Shown here: positions 12,072 to 26,022 of the stretch, in pieces
Layout: the number at the start of each line of letters is the position of its first letter
Numbering within the stretch: the stretch's first letter is position 1
DNA from: Felis catus
Lineage: Eukaryota
Length of the DNA stretch: 64,000 nucleotides
Direction: 5' to 3'
Assembly: GCF_018350175.1 (NCBI RefSeq)
Contig: NC_058368.1
Coordinates: 107,014,001 to 107,078,000, forward strand
The notes under the pieces: model-generated
What the model saw: the letters and a program-made list of their open reading frames with translations, nothing else
What the model was told of the DNA's origin: nothing
Databases searched by the model: none
Translations under genes and position numbers: made by a program

Positions 12072-14509
12072 GTGACCTCCCAGCGCCGGCTGTCCCGCCT
12101 GCCCGCTGCCCCCCACCCTCTTCTCCCGAATCCTTCCTCTGCAACCAGCCCTAATCCCTGCCCAGCCCCTCTCTGCTTGGCTGCCAGCACGTGCTCTGAG
12201 CTCCTGCAGCCCCCAGCCCTCGGTCCCCACCCCTCGCATCCGCCCACCATGCCTAGTCCGCTCCTCCTCTTCTGCTGCAGTCTGGACCCTCCTCACACCT
12301 GACCGGTTTTATTAGCCTTTCTCACTCTTGCTGGTCTCCTTTCCGCCCAGCGCTTGCCCCTACTCTTCACTCTGTGTCAACGCTGAGGAAAGGGACTTTA
12401 GGGTTAGCCAAAGGCGTTTCCTACTCTGTCCTCCTCGGAAAGCCCGGGTGGTAGTAGTTTCCCAAATCTATCTAGAGGGGCGTGTCCTCAGTAAAGGAAG
12501 GGAAGACCGAGGAAGCGGGCGAGAGCCGGTCTGGATACGGGTGTTCTAGCTTTATTCCACAACCCTTTTGTTTTGATTGGATCTAGCGCGGTTTCAGAAA
12601 TGGTGAGATTAAGGAATTATTTTCGCTATTCGGGACCGTTCCCTCTGCGTTTCCTTCCCTCTCTTACGACCCCGTCAAGCACCGGGAGTCCTTGAGCACC
12701 CACACCCACATCGCTCCAGCGCGCACCTCCTTCCAGCCACAGCAGTGCCGCACAGAGTCGGGCCCTAACCCCCACCCCGCCCCCCGCCCACCTCAATAAA
12801 ACCCCGGGCGGAGGAGAGCATTTTCAGGAATTGGTGGTGCGCAGAAGGTGAGAGCGCGGGTGACTTATCCAGACCCCAGGAGCTCCGAGCTGTATTAGCA
12901 TGTACTAATGTGGATCCTTTCCAGTCCATCTTGGTGGCGGCGGCGATAAGCAGAGGCTTGGAGTCCTTCCCCAAAACCACGCGCAGCCACAGCAGGAGAA
13001 AACTTTGTCAGTTTTAAAAGAGGCGCGGTCTTTCACCCTCATCGTGGGTGGCTCTGGCCAGAGGTTTCTAAACTCAGCAGAGAGAAGTTCCTAAGAGCGG
13101 GAGTAAATCTTCCCAGTACCGCCCGCCGTGGAGATGGAGATGGGCGCAAGGGAAGTCTCAGGGTTGTGTTGAAGTAGGGTCTCCCAGTGCTTCCTCCGTT
13201 TCCCAGCTTCTTGGTCAAAGCGGGGCAGCCCTTCCTTACTTTTTTAAGAAAGCCTCGTTGCTTTCTCCTTATCCAGGTAGTCTTTCACAGGATTCAAGGA
13301 AAAACAAACAAATTCCGTTTTGGCTCAGGGAGTGAATGTGGAGTAATAACTAGAGATTTCTTGGGGTTAGGTTGGGAAGAGCGAAGTCATTCCATTGGTG
13401 ATTCGATACAAGAATAAATGGTTGCCTTTCTAATGAATACGGTATCTTACAGACAGATTTCAGATGTATAGCTATCTATAGCTATAAGTGATAGATCCCT
13501 TCTAGTCCCCTTGTCTTCTGCGTATGGTTGAAGTCACAAAGGTTTCCTGGCAGAAGTTTGCCACACTTGACGGAGAATTTCTAAAATGCACGAACAGCAT
13601 CTACTTCTGTCATTTCTCTTAATGGTTTGAAAGACTGTCCTTCAGAACACCAAAGTGCCATATTCATTCCATCTCTATTAAGAATGAAATGCATTTTGAA
13701 TTAAGAACCCAATAATAGCTAAAACTCACTGAAATCCAAGGGGGGAGGGGGGGAGGTGTGGCATGGCTTCAAGATAAATGACTGCAGATGAGTTCTCATC
13801 AAAAAACGATAGTAAAGATGCTGACTGGGAATACAAAGAAGGTGGCTACTTCATTGTATCGCTTTGTAGAATACCAAATGTGTTTTAGCTACACAATTTG
13901 ATGTTTAAGTGGTTTTTCTTGATGAACTTACATACTGTAAGGAAACCAATTATATTATTATTTTAACAAATGTTTATTTTTTCCAAAAAGGTGCTTTTCA
14001 AAGTTCCCAAGTTAAATTCGAACACAACTTTAATATTCTTTCTCTCTCTCAATTTTTGTTTGTATGTGACTCAAGTTTAGTTCAGGACAAAACACGACCA
14101 ATTTATCAGGAAAAAATACTAATCGGATATCGACAATCTGCCAATCAGTGCTGAATATAAATGTTATTTTCTGAAAATTTTATCATTAACTCAGATATGC
14201 TAAGAAATTTATCATTAATCTCCTTATCATAATCTCACCTTTTACAAAAAAAGTCTGGTGATTATTATACTTAAGGTTTTCCAGTGACCTTGAGTAGAAG
14301 GTTAAGAACATTTTATTATGACTTAATTAGTAATGGAAATTTCATAGTTTTAAAGTAATAGAATATTCAGAGAGGTCTTTCTTCCTTTCAGCTGTATTAT
14401 GACTTTTGGGGAGTTTGTGCACAATGTTGAAAGGTGTTTCCCTTACTTTGTATGTTCTAAATGATTACGAAATTAGGAAAAGGAGAGATTGTTGCCTTTC
14501 TCTTTGTAG

Positions 14510-14793
14510 GTGATAAGTTAGAAGAGTTTCTTCGATCACTCAATAGCAGCAAGCCTCTCTACCTGGGCCAGACTGGCCTGGGGAACATTGAAGAACTTGG
14601 AAAATTGGGGCTGGAGCCTGGAGAGAACTTCTGTATGGGAGGACCTGGCATGATCTTCAGTCGAGAGGTTCTCAGGAGGATGGTGCCACATATTGGTGAA
14701 TGCCTCAGAGAAATGTACACGACTCATGAGGACGTGGAAGTAGGACGATGTGTTCGACGCTTTGGTGGAACTCAGTGCGTCTGGTCTTATGAG
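14510..14793 (+). CDS. CHSY3: Chondroitin sulfate synthase 3, coding exon 2
   Basis: Acceptor cctttctctttgtag|GT completes the split Gly codon: (G)DKLEEFLRSLNSSKPLYLGQTG...FCMGGPG...HEDVEVGRCVRRFGGTQCVWSYE. Donor GAG|gtaaga at 14794. 284 nt; 808+284=1092 nt, ending in phase 0. Confidence 0.96.
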
Positions 14794-17700
14794 GTAAGAC
14801 GGGCTGTGATGAAAATGTTCACATGTTATAGATTCTTGCCAGTTTATTGCCTGGGGCAATGACTATGTTTATTCTCTTGCTTGAAAATGACAGCATCAGC
14901 CGTGTATGGACACAAGGGTCATTGTGGGGAATAACTTTCTTCACAGAGCTGAGGCCTGTGGGAGGTGTTTTTTATTAGCATGGCCCTTAACTTTAAGCAG
15001 GAATCTGTATATATGGTCACATCTCTGGAAGATGCTCTTTCCCCTCTATTTGCTTTATTGGTGTTGATTGATATACATGCTTATCCATTTCCTGTCTCTA
15101 ACAAGGGGACTAATTTTATTCTCTTGGGTTGTAACTTTTAGCATTTGGTACTTGGTCGGTTGTTGCTGTTGTTGTTTTGGTTAGGTGTATAATTGCATCT
15201 CTTTGTTTCCGAACAGTTTAAGTTTTCTTGGGAGATTTTCAGTTGGAAATTTAACATGCATGTTTTTAAATCATAGGAAAAGTTAACTCATAGGGTATCA
15301 TTTATGATAGATTTATTCACAAAATAAAGGGGGCTTGTTACCTGGGAAAATAGAAGAAGTTATGAAGATGTTAAGTAACTGTTTAGTATTATGACTGGTT
15401 CCCTACAATTGGTCTCTGTCTGCCGTTCTATTTCCTGAACAGCAGCTGTTGTTTATATAATCTGAGTTAGGAACTGTTCTTTTATTGTGATAATTAGTTT
15501 TATGAAATACTCTGGGATTTTTTTTTCCTTCAGAAATTTGTTTTGAAGAGAAATACAATTTTGTTTGAAATAGTTTTCCTAAAGGTTAGTGTTAGTAAGA
15601 ATTTGATTTGACATTTGGTGTATTGCAGTTTTGAGTAGTTTGGTTTTCAGGTCGTTGGAGTTTGATATACTCAGCTGCACACATATGTAAATTATAACTT
15701 AACTCATTTTTTTATCTTTTCAAATTTTTCTTGTCTCCCGGTATAGAAGAAACATGAAAATAGGTTCCTTGAGAAGTCATGATACCTCAAGATTACACAG
15801 TTACTTTGTAATTACTTTAGTAATTACTGTGTAATTACTTTAGTTAATTTTGCTTTATTTTTAATACTTTGTAGTATTTACACTTTTAGGGAATATTTCT
15901 TGTATCTATTAAAGAAACTAAAAATGATCAATAAATAGTTATTTGGAATATGTACTATGCAAATTTAAAATTGTTATTACCTCATTTCTTTTGATACTAA
16001 AATTGTAATTTTTCTTTTGTATAACTATGACTACCCTGTAGAATAAAAATGTTTGCAATGCAAGAACATTACAGTTAAAAATAGGTATTTTAGAATCAAC
16101 TCACTGAAAAATATTTGTTTCTCCATTTACCATAAAACTAACTGAAAGGCATAAAACAAATACACAGTATAGAAAACACATTAGGTTGATTTTGTTTATA
16201 TGAAGATACAACTTTGGAGACATTCACTCTGTATGGATGAGTAAACAAAATTATTGATATTTAAAAATAGAGATGGAAACTTATAATGTTTTATTTGGTA
16301 CTTTATTGCCTTAACATCACATAGAAGGTCTTAAGGAACCTTTTGTTTAAATGTCCTTCCCTTCAAGTTTTCATTGATCCTGCTGTCTTCATCTAGCTGT
16401 GTACCCATTTATGTTCCAGGAGAGTAAAGTAAACTCAGGTGACCTACATGCTCAAGAATCGACTTAATATTTTATTTTTAATATAGGCATTTTATAGTGG
16501 AACTTTAGGTCATATCATAAACTGACATAAAAGAACAGATAAACCAAGAAATTGCAAATCTTACAAGATGTAACATCATGATCACAGTATTTTCATTAAC
16601 TTTTCAAAATACATTTAAATTTACACTCATACTAGGTTATCAACTGAGTTCACAATCTATATGAAGAAATAATTTCTATCTTTTTTTCCTCGCAAAAGAA
16701 AATATTATTCTCTAAAGTTGTGCTGTTTTAGAAGGTTGACTTTATCTTTTGCTAAACAATTACATAGAATTTACTTTGTTTTGGAATATCAGTTTTTAAA
16801 GAGCTATTTAAACAGAATTTTGAGGGGGCATTGCTTTGGTAGTACAAAGTCTCAGGTCTTATTTAAAGGAATGATGGAACATTTCATGGCCAAAGTATTT
16901 ATTAAATAGCATCTGTTAATAAATTTAGTAATGGTAAATATACAATTAAGTAATAATTTAAGCATGTTAATATTAGGATGCGTTCTGTGTTATATGGGAC
17001 TCCTGAGTAGATCAGTTGGATCACAGCCAAACTAGGGTTTTCCAGTTTAGATTTTAGGTTAGTTCATCTGATGTCCATTCTTTGCTACTGTTCACATTAT
17101 TTGAAAAGAATCCTCTATTTTACTGTACATTGGTGTCCTCAGTAAAGATGAAATTGTACATCTGGTCGTATAACAAGCTATGAAAGGATCTTTAACTTTG
17201 TTTTCTTTTTTCTTTTAAAAGATCCATCTGTGATAGAATTCTCTTAAAATCTTGAATTTCCTTTATCTATACCTTTCATGGATTTCAGAATTTTGTTTGG
17301 CTTTTCCTCCTAATAAAAGTTCTTACAGAGTTAAGAGCACTGCCTATGAATTTTGAGTTTAAATATATGAAGCATTCATGGTGCAGTATTATCTTTTAAA
17401 AATGATAAACAGGCTTGAAGATCTTCCAGGAAGAGGATTGGGCAAACATAATTAAACTATATAGACTTTGTAGCTTTTCTTTATGATAAATTACAATTTT
17501 TATAAAACCTAGAAATCTTTTAGTATTATTTACTGTTCAATTAAAGTGTACTTTCTCTGTTTTATATACAATTTAGCATTAATTGAGAGAGAGAGAGGAT
17601 ACACTTGAACTTGGGTTTGAGTTCTGTTGTCTTTGGTAAGTTAGTTCTTTGAGCCTTGTTTAGTTCAACTGAAATTGGACATTGTAACAGTGCTACATAA

Positions 17701-20023
17701 TTTTTGGAGAAGATTAAGTGAATTGGCGAAAAAACCTATGTAAAGCCCTTCATATAGTGTTTAGTACACAGTAAATTTTCAATAAATGTTAATTATTATA
17801 GCCATAATTGTTGCTGAATAGATCATGTATTATACATAACATGGATTCATCGATATTTTATTTTTTAATGATTAGTAATGAATGATTTGTCTATATCAAA
17901 AGAGTCAAAGTAAAAATAAACTGAATTCTTTTCAGTTAAAGAATCCAACTTTAAGGTTTTTTTGGCAAAGAGCAAGAAAGTTTCAAAAATACTGAAAGTA
18001 TGGGGATTCCATGTCAGTAGAACTTACTATAAAACATGGAAGTCTGCATGTTTAAATGATGCATTACACATATTTGCTTCAGTGTTTGAGCACCATAATA
18101 ATAGTTTATCTTAAAAAAACAGTATGGAAAATATTATCTAACAAGTGATGATCTAATATACATATTTAAGGAATCTCAGATCAGACTCAATATTAAAAAA
18201 AATTATTGTATAGATTTCTAGATGGGTTGCTGGAACAATAGCCCCCTTTTCTGAGATTCTCTGGAATTTTCAGTAGAAACAGAGGTTAATAGTGTCTCAT
18301 TCTGCAATAAACTATATGAACACCAGGAACTTGGCTTTCAAGTAGCTAGAACCTGTTGCTGTGGTGCTCACTTTTGCAGGAAATGATGGATAGCTTTACT
18401 TCCTCCCCGGGGTAAGGTCCTCATGGTCTGGGAAAAATGTCTTGCATGGGGGCTTCTTGGTTTGTTTCTCTCTCTGTCATCTCCTCCCCTTTTACTTTTT
18501 TCTTTCTGTATTTAATGACATATAAAATAGATTACAAATGCATTTGGTATGCACTACTTTTCATCAAGTTCTTAGTAAATTAACGTGCTTATGATAGACC
18601 AGCCCCTATGTCGCAAGAGATCACAGAATGTGCGCCCAGATCACTCCTAGGGCCCAGGAATGACTTGACCTCTCCTGACTAAGAAGGCCTTTAGTTGCTG
18701 ATCAGCCTCAGATGGACTGGTTCTCTGTGTGCCTAAGACCATTGGAGAGTCAGAATTATGATTCTCCCTTTGGTACTTGGAGGTAGAAACATCTAGAGTC
18801 CTAGGACATATGGCATATGTTAATCAACACACTTCATGGGTTGCTGTTGTACTCATTTATACCTCAAATTGTATAAGTAAAGATTACTAACTAAAGCATG
18901 TTCGTGAAAAATCATTCTATTTTATTCATTCTGTGAGTGTGAGAATTTATTGGCATCTACTGTTGGCTAAGTTCGCTTTTGTGGTAGAGCTCTATCTTGG
19001 CTACTGTTTTTCTAGTTCTCTGAGCTGCAATCTGGCAGCTTGGGAGGCTGCATATGGCTCTTAAACATCGTTTGGCTCATGGAGTGTTTTAAGGTTTTCT
19101 GTTTTTGTTTTCAGATGCTTTTAGGAGAGGCCAGCAGTCTTCAGTCCCCTTCATATCCTAATTCTAGCAACAGGCTTTCCTTGCATGTTTATTTTAACTG
19201 CCTGGCCCAGGTATGCTTATGAGTCCTGATATTTTGAGGCAGATAACACACATGTTGAAATTTTTATTAAAATATTCTCTAGAAGATGAAATGATTTTCT
19301 AGTGAGAATGAGATGCGTATTTTAAATACTGTAATTTACAGAAGAATTTTTTCCAACTTGGCTGTTAGAATTGTGTGTCATATAATATAGTTATACTTCC
19401 TTTGTTGTAGGTGTATTTTTAGTAACTAGAAAGTCCTCACTGTTAAAAAAAAAATAGTTCAGCCAATCCAGTTTCAGCATGTGCCTTAGGAGAATTGCAA
19501 GTTCTATTTCTTTGGTTTCTGTTTTAGTGCGATCCTTTATATTCAAGCATTTAAGTAATTTTAATTTCAATGATTCTTCTTCTCCCTATGAGGGAGTTTT
19601 ACATTTCATCTAAGACTCATCTTCAGAACGGTGTGTATTTATCTTCTTAATGTTTATAGTTAAATGGAGCCAGAGAATGCATGTGTCTTTATTTCATTCA
19701 ATTAAATGTTGTTTCGAATAAAATATAGCTCTATATTGATAAAGATATTTCTCTTTGGGCTTAAAAACCATTTCTTAGGACTAAACAGATTTTTTATTAG
19801 ATTCCTTAAAGAGTTAATTTCAAGCCAGAATGTCTTATGTCTCATCTTGGCCCCCTAAAGGCTATAAACACCCTAGAAAATTCCATTATTTCACAAAAGG
19901 ATATGTTCTGGAAGTGTTTCTCTGGGCTTATAATACCAGAGAGCTATACCATAAAAAACTTAACTACATATAAGTTCTTCATAACATAACCATTAAGGTT
20001 AAAATAGTTGTGCCATTCTTAAA

Positions 20024-20343
20024 TTTTTTTTTCAACGTTTTTTTTAATTTATTTTTGGGACAGAGAGAGACAGAGCATGAACGGGGGAGGGGCAGAGAGA
20101 GAGGGAGACACAGAATCGGAACAGGCTCCAGGCTCTGAGCCATCAGCCCAGAGCCCGACGCGGGGCTCGAACTCATGGAGTGCGAGATCGTGACCTGGCT
20201 GAAGTCGGACGCTTAACCGACTGCGCCACCCAGGTGCCCCCTTTTTTTTTTTTTTTTTTAATTTTTTTTTTCAACGTTTTTTTATTTATTTTTGGGACAG
20301 AGAGAGACAGAGCATGAACGGGGGAGGGGCAGAGAGAGAGGGA
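20024..20343 (-). mobile_element. Young felid SINE dimer (full copy 20024-20241 plus 5'-truncated copy 20242-20343)
   Basis: Two SINEC_Fc-type tails; one flanking TSD agttgtgc(ca/ag)ttcttaaa. Confidence 0.88.
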
Positions 20344-23129
20344 GTTGTGCAGTTCTTAAAGGGCTATTGTACATCCTCCCTGGCATCTTCCTGTTAACTT
20401 AGGGGCTTCACTCTTCTGCAATGCTAATTTTGCTGTATCATGAACATGGTTTATGCCCCCAGAATATATTAATATGTATGGAGAAGCATAAGTGGGGACT
20501 TGGATCAAAAATTCAGTCGTTCAAACATCTTTTCTTGGTTCTTATTCACAGTTTAGTTTTTAACTAAAAGCGGTAACCTGCTCACACCTACCCTTCCCAC
20601 CCCCATTTCGCTTGTCAGATGAAATCATGCATTGATTTTATGCAGCTTCTTTTCTGCTACATTGTTTTCTTCCTTGTACAAAATGAAATTGCATTCCAAG
20701 TTGAAGGAGAAACATGGTGTGGTTTTTCCATATTTTGTAGTCTTAGCTAGTTTATTGTTGTTGTTAATGGATGCCTTATCACTTGAATTGTGACAACATA
20801 TGCTTTATAAGATGATTCCGACAAATTGTGGAAAATAGTAAGTGAGAAAGATGCCTCCACACAATTTGAAATAAGTTCCATGACGACATAAATACTATCT
20901 TAGATTAAAAGCTTTGGATATTTTTCCTCCTTAATTGATCATAAGTATACTAATTTCCTGAAGAAATTCCAAGTCAACTTTTTACTTCTGCTTGCTTTGT
21001 CTTGGTCTCCAAAAAACCCCCTATGTTTTTAGAAACATTTATTTCAGTCTCTTTTCTATCGAATGAATTAGTGTTCATCATGCAAATAAATGTATTCAGT
21101 AATACAACTGATACGGCATTTTCCTTTGATAATAACATGTTACATGTTTTGAGCAAAGGTGTGCCTTTTAATAATGAGGTATTTGAGCTAGCCATAAACT
21201 TCATTAAAATAAAAAATTCAGCGTCTTTAGTCATCTGAGTCATTATTTGATATGATTGAGCAATAAGAAAGCCTGAGTAAACTGAAAAATTAAGGGATTG
21301 CCGTTCCCTCAGAATCCTAACATTCTGTTCATTTACTGTCCTAACTATTAAACAACACTCTAGTTAAGGCTTAACCACATACAAATAATTTTGAATGATA
21401 ACATGCATTTAAGGTGACCCCGTCTTAGAAAGGTGTGGGACATTTATGGCACAGTATGTGATAAGTTTCTAAATTAACTAAATCAAAACAATGCTAAAAA
21501 AAAATCAGCAAACCCTGTTTTGGAACTAACTAATGAATGGAATGGATTTCTTAATTCATTGAGTTTCTAAAATCTTTACTCACCATTTGTCATTCAAGCT
21601 CTGTCCCTCATTCTTCACTGTCAATGTCATCTGCACTTTTCATTGTCTCTTTTAGTTTCATTCATTAAAGAGAGATAGCTTAAAAAAAATATATGCATAC
21701 TAATAAAAGTAGTATGCAATAAAATTAAATTCAAATGTGAAGAAATAAAGGAAAAAGGAAAATGTAGAAAAATAAAAAAAAAATCTTTAAAAATGTGGGT
21801 TGGGCTCATGTTTTGCTGTTGTTAAAGAGAACTCTACCTAGATACTGAGACCTGAAAGAGATCTTTCCCATAGAACGGAGAGGGGCTCTGAGGGATCACA
21901 AAACTCAGCATCACTTCTGTGAGTAGAACAGTATGAATTGTTTCAGTATTTCTTGTAAATCACCTCAACATAAGCCAGGAGTGCCACACAGACGGGCAGT
22001 TCTGCATGAGGAGTTCTACTTGGAGACAGTGCAATTATGTTCAAGTGCACCATTGCCTCCTGCCTTACTTGATTTTATTTTAAAATTTAGAATAGCTTTC
22101 AGAAAGCCCTTCATGGATATTGCCTCTTGCTAAGATGTTTCATAGTAGGTTGGCCAACAGGAAGTTTGAGTTACGCATGTTCTCTGGTGAGAACCGAGAA
22201 TGTATCTGTTGTGTCATCGGTTAAGGACAGATACATGATTGTTCTTTGCTCATCAAGAGGATGATGGAAACACTCGCTACACATGGAGAAATCAAACCAG
22301 ATTAGAGACCCAATGGCCGTCCCACCTGAGGAGCTCAGAGTGAAGTCCAAGAGAATTCCTAACATCTTGGCCTAGAATTAGCAATGTGGTTACCTCGCTA
22401 TCAAGTTGATTATTAGAAATGTCTATTTTCATTAATTCGATAATTTATTGTATAATCATATAAGTTATGTAATTTTTATTACTTTTTTATATAAATGTAA
22501 GTTTAATTTTAGGTAAAATTTGCACGCCCAAATGAAAACATTGAACAATCAACATTTTAATGAAAAAATCTCTTTTAATCTAATGTTCTTATATATAGAA
22601 ATAAATTTTATATGAGTTGAGAATATTTAATACCCATGATGAGTGTTACGAAGTATGAGAAGAATTACAGTGGTAAATTAAATTTAAACTAGTCTGCCTT
22701 AGAATTCAGTCATCTCACACCTTATATAGCTGGCCGATTTCATTTGACCAAATATGTCTCCATCAGCAGTGAACACACATAGACCTTCCTTGTCCTCATG
22801 GAGCTCAGAGGGAGGAGGGAGTCCCGCTTCTAATGTTGTCTTGCTTTCACGTCTGATACAGAGTTGGGTTTCCCATTTTTGTCATCCTTCTGAATTCTCT
22901 TTCATTCTAAGTCAGGAGAGCTCCACTTGGGTTCACCAGTGATGTGTGTGTTGGAACTGGGATCACGGGGTCTTTATCTGAGTTTTCTTAGGTGAACATC
23001 TTCCTCTCTTGTTTGTATTAATTTACTGAAGAGGAGTGAAACAAAGGCACGTTTAGTGGTTTGATGGCATGTAAATATATTTTTTGCCTTTTGTAAAGCA
23101 CAGGCCACTAAGAATTTGTTTTTTAACCA

Positions 23130-23358
23130 AATCTAGAGCTGGAATACTTGGCTTCAAGTTGTAGATCTGCCATTCACTAGCTGTATGGCCTGAGACAGTA
23201 ACTTAACTTCTTTGTGCCTTAGTTTCCTCATCTATCAAATGGATATAATCCCAGTACCCACCTCCTAGAACGGTTGTAAGGGTTAAATGAGTCAATGTAT
23301 ATAACAGCACTCACAATAATGCCTGGCAGTGTTAAGTGTTCTGCAGCTGTTAGCTATT
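23130..23358 (+). mobile_element. MIR
   Basis: acttaacttctttgtgccttagtttcctcatctatcaaatgg core. Confidence 0.75.
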
Positions 23359-23624
23359 TTCGCAGAAGCAGAATGGTATAAAACGGTGCCAACTTTACAG
23401 AGCCATTGTGAGACATAAAAAGGTCAACGTATTAGAAGACCTTAGACTAATGCTTGACACATAATAAGTCCTGTATAACTCTTAACTACTATTAATGTTT
23501 TCCAGTGTACAATGTTCATATTCTTTTTTACCCTCATGGGAAAGAGAACGTTGATTGGAAAGGGTTTATTGCAATTGCTTTCTGAAAGATGGGCTTTGCT
23601 GTAGCAGGGAACGTGCTGATTCAG

Positions 23625-23800
23625 TACTTCCTCAGCCTGACTGCACAATTGAATCCCCTGGGGGACTTCGGAAAAAATCTGATGCTGGAACCCATCCTTG
23701 ACCCATTATATCAGAATCTCTTAACAGGTGAGACCTGCCACATAGGTGATGTTTCAAACTCCCTAGGTGATTCCAATGTGGCTCTAAGATTTAGACCTCT
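23625..23800. mobile_element. MER5-like hAT element
   Basis: gactgcacaattgaatcccctggggga...tcagaatctc...ccctaggtgattccaatgtg. Confidence 0.55.
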
Positions 23801-24399
23801 GTATAACTTTTTTTTAAATATCCAGTCCATTCTTTATTCCTTAAAAATGACTTTTTGTTTTTTTTTACTTTGGGGTAGATCATAGGAGGGAAATCGACAT
23901 TCTGCATTTCTGTCTATGTTTGTTACTTACCTGTTCCAAAGAGTTAGTGACTGGATTTAAGATAATAAATTTAAAGCCATCACTCATAACTGTAGGTTTT
24001 TTATGGTCTGCTTTTCATGGTTCACATATTACTCTTTTCTTTTTTTTTTAATTAAAGATAGATTTTAAAACATTCTTAGAAAAAAAATATTTTTTTAACC
24101 CATGCAAGGCTAGAGTTTTTATACCTGTTTTTATTTAATATGTTTGAGTAATGTATAGTAGCAGAGTTCTTAAAATTATAGGTGGAATGTTTTCGTTGAC
24201 TTGATTGCATTAACATTGACTGGTGACTTGGACCTCAAAAGGATAAAAGATAACGTAGTATCTGTTTGATTGCAGAAACAGTAATTTATTTACAAACTTT
24301 TTTGGGTAAATTTGATTTCAGCCAGTATTTTCAGCAAGTATTTCCATGCCCATGCTATAGTTGACTGCTATAATGGAGAAAAACATAGGATACACAGAA

Positions 24400-25620
24400 T
24401 TGTAAGGTAAGAAGTCCCCAAGGAGAAGAGCAAAGTGCAGTACTTCCTTCAAACTAGACGTCATACACAGGTGCATTGCCAGGTAAGTCAGGATGCCTGA
24501 GGAGGCAAAGGTGGAAGAACAGCATGATGGCAAATCGTGTGTTTGCTTCAAGTATGTCTGGAGGTAGGAGAAATGAGGCTCAAAAGCTGTTGGTAGAACT
24601 CAGGAAAGGCCTTGTACATCATCTTCAGAGGTTTAGGATTATACCTTGTAGATCACTGATTCTTAGAATCACCTGGGGAGATGTCATTGGTTTAGATACC
24701 GTAGTTGTGATGGAGCATTTGTGTAGAATTGCTAAAAATCTCTGGGCAATTGTAATGAGTAGTCAGAGTGGAAAATCAGTTCCATAGATCATGGGGAGCT
24801 TTGAAGATTATTTTTTCATTGGTGAATGCCATGATCACATTATGCTACAGATAATGGTTGTAGCATGGAAGGATGGACTTTTTAGTTCCTAGGGATAGTA
24901 ACAAAAGACAACTAGGATGCTATGGTACCAGACCCATGAGAGATGAGTCTTGATGAAAGAGTAAAAGTGGCAGTAGAGGTGAGCCTAGTGAGGAAAGAAA
25001 ATTGATAGAAGTAGGCGATTGATTACATACAGGGTGTAATGGGGGAGAGTTACAAGGTAACTCCTGGGCTTTGGATTCATATGCTAGTACTATTCCCAGA
25101 GACCGCGAATAAAGGAAGAAGGGTGAGTGTGGGTGATTGGTGTGTTTCAGGTGTGGGCAGAGGGTGAGGAAAATGGAGGTCCATTTTGGATACATTGAAT
25201 TTTGTTTATTATTTATCTATTCAACAAATACTTATTGAACAACGAATATTCCTGGCCCTTTTATAGGAAGAAAAAAAGAGAAAAGAAATGGACAAAATTA
25301 CTGCCTTGTTTTCTAGAGGGGAAAGAGAGTAAATCAGTAAGGGAAGGCCAAAAGAACACAAGACTGTGGGTGTGCAATTTTAAATAGGGTGGTTAGGTGG
25401 GCTTTACTAAGAAGATGATATTTGAACCATGTGAGGAAGAAGCTCTCCTGCCAAAAGCAGTCAGCAGTCAAGTCAAGAACTTGCCAGAGGGCAGAAGGGA
25501 AGCTAGAGTTGAATAACAGGCCAGGAGGGTGAGATCTGAGGGGATAAGGGGTAAGACATCATGTTCAGCTTTGCAGTCCTTTGTAAGTACTTATTAGTAG
25601 AAGATTGAGGCCTACAAAGC
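24400..25620 (-). mobile_element. L2 fragments
   Basis: Purine-rich degenerate L2 motifs; tattcaacaaatacttattgaac. Confidence 0.55.
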
Positions 25621-25801
25621 TGTTGCTCTCTGAGATTAAGCTGGTAGGAGTATGGCTCTACTGTAGGTATTATCAGACTACGTGAATGCATTTGTTTTAG
25701 GCAAGCTTCACTCATCGGTGAAACAGTTATTGTTTAAAATGTAAAAAGAAAAACCATGCCAAAGCCATAGGATTAAAAGATTGTTTAAAATTTAATTTAT
25801 T

Positions 25802-26022
25802 GGGGCGCCTGGGTGGCGCAGTCGGTTAAGTGTCCGACTTCAGCCAGGTACGATCTCGCGGTCCGTGAGTTCGAGCCCCGCGTCAGGCTCTGGGCTGATG
25901 GCTCAGAGCCTGGAGCCTGTTTCCGATTCTGTGTCTCCCTCTCTCTCTGCCCCTCCCCCATTCATGCTCTGTCTCTCTCTGTCCCAAAAATAAATAAACG
26001 TTGAAAAAAAATTAAAAAAAAA
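25802..26022 (+). mobile_element. Young felid SINE (SINEC_Fc type)
   Basis: CpG-rich, near consensus; TSD aaaatttaatttatt. Confidence 0.92.

Larger units (their letters stand above)
10280..13150. promoter_or_regulatory. CpG island covering the CHSY3 promoter, 5'UTR, exon 1 and start of intron 1
   Basis: Very high GC and CpG density against AT-rich flanks; several GGGCGG boxes (e.g. ~10391, ~10584, ~10865); no obvious TATA box. Confidence 0.9.

Noticed and set aside
12072..12154. C-terminal extension of the exon 1 ORF (DLPAPAVPP...)
   Set aside because: Intron read-through past a donor whose phase matches exon 2
14461..14862. 133-aa ORF as a stand-alone gene
   Set aside because: It is exon 2 plus flanking intron; canonical AG/GT boundaries lie inside it
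15800..15850. Short repeats (gtaattacttta) as a CRISPR-like or functional array
   Set aside because: Simple degenerate ~11-bp tandem repeat without spacers, in eukaryotic DNA
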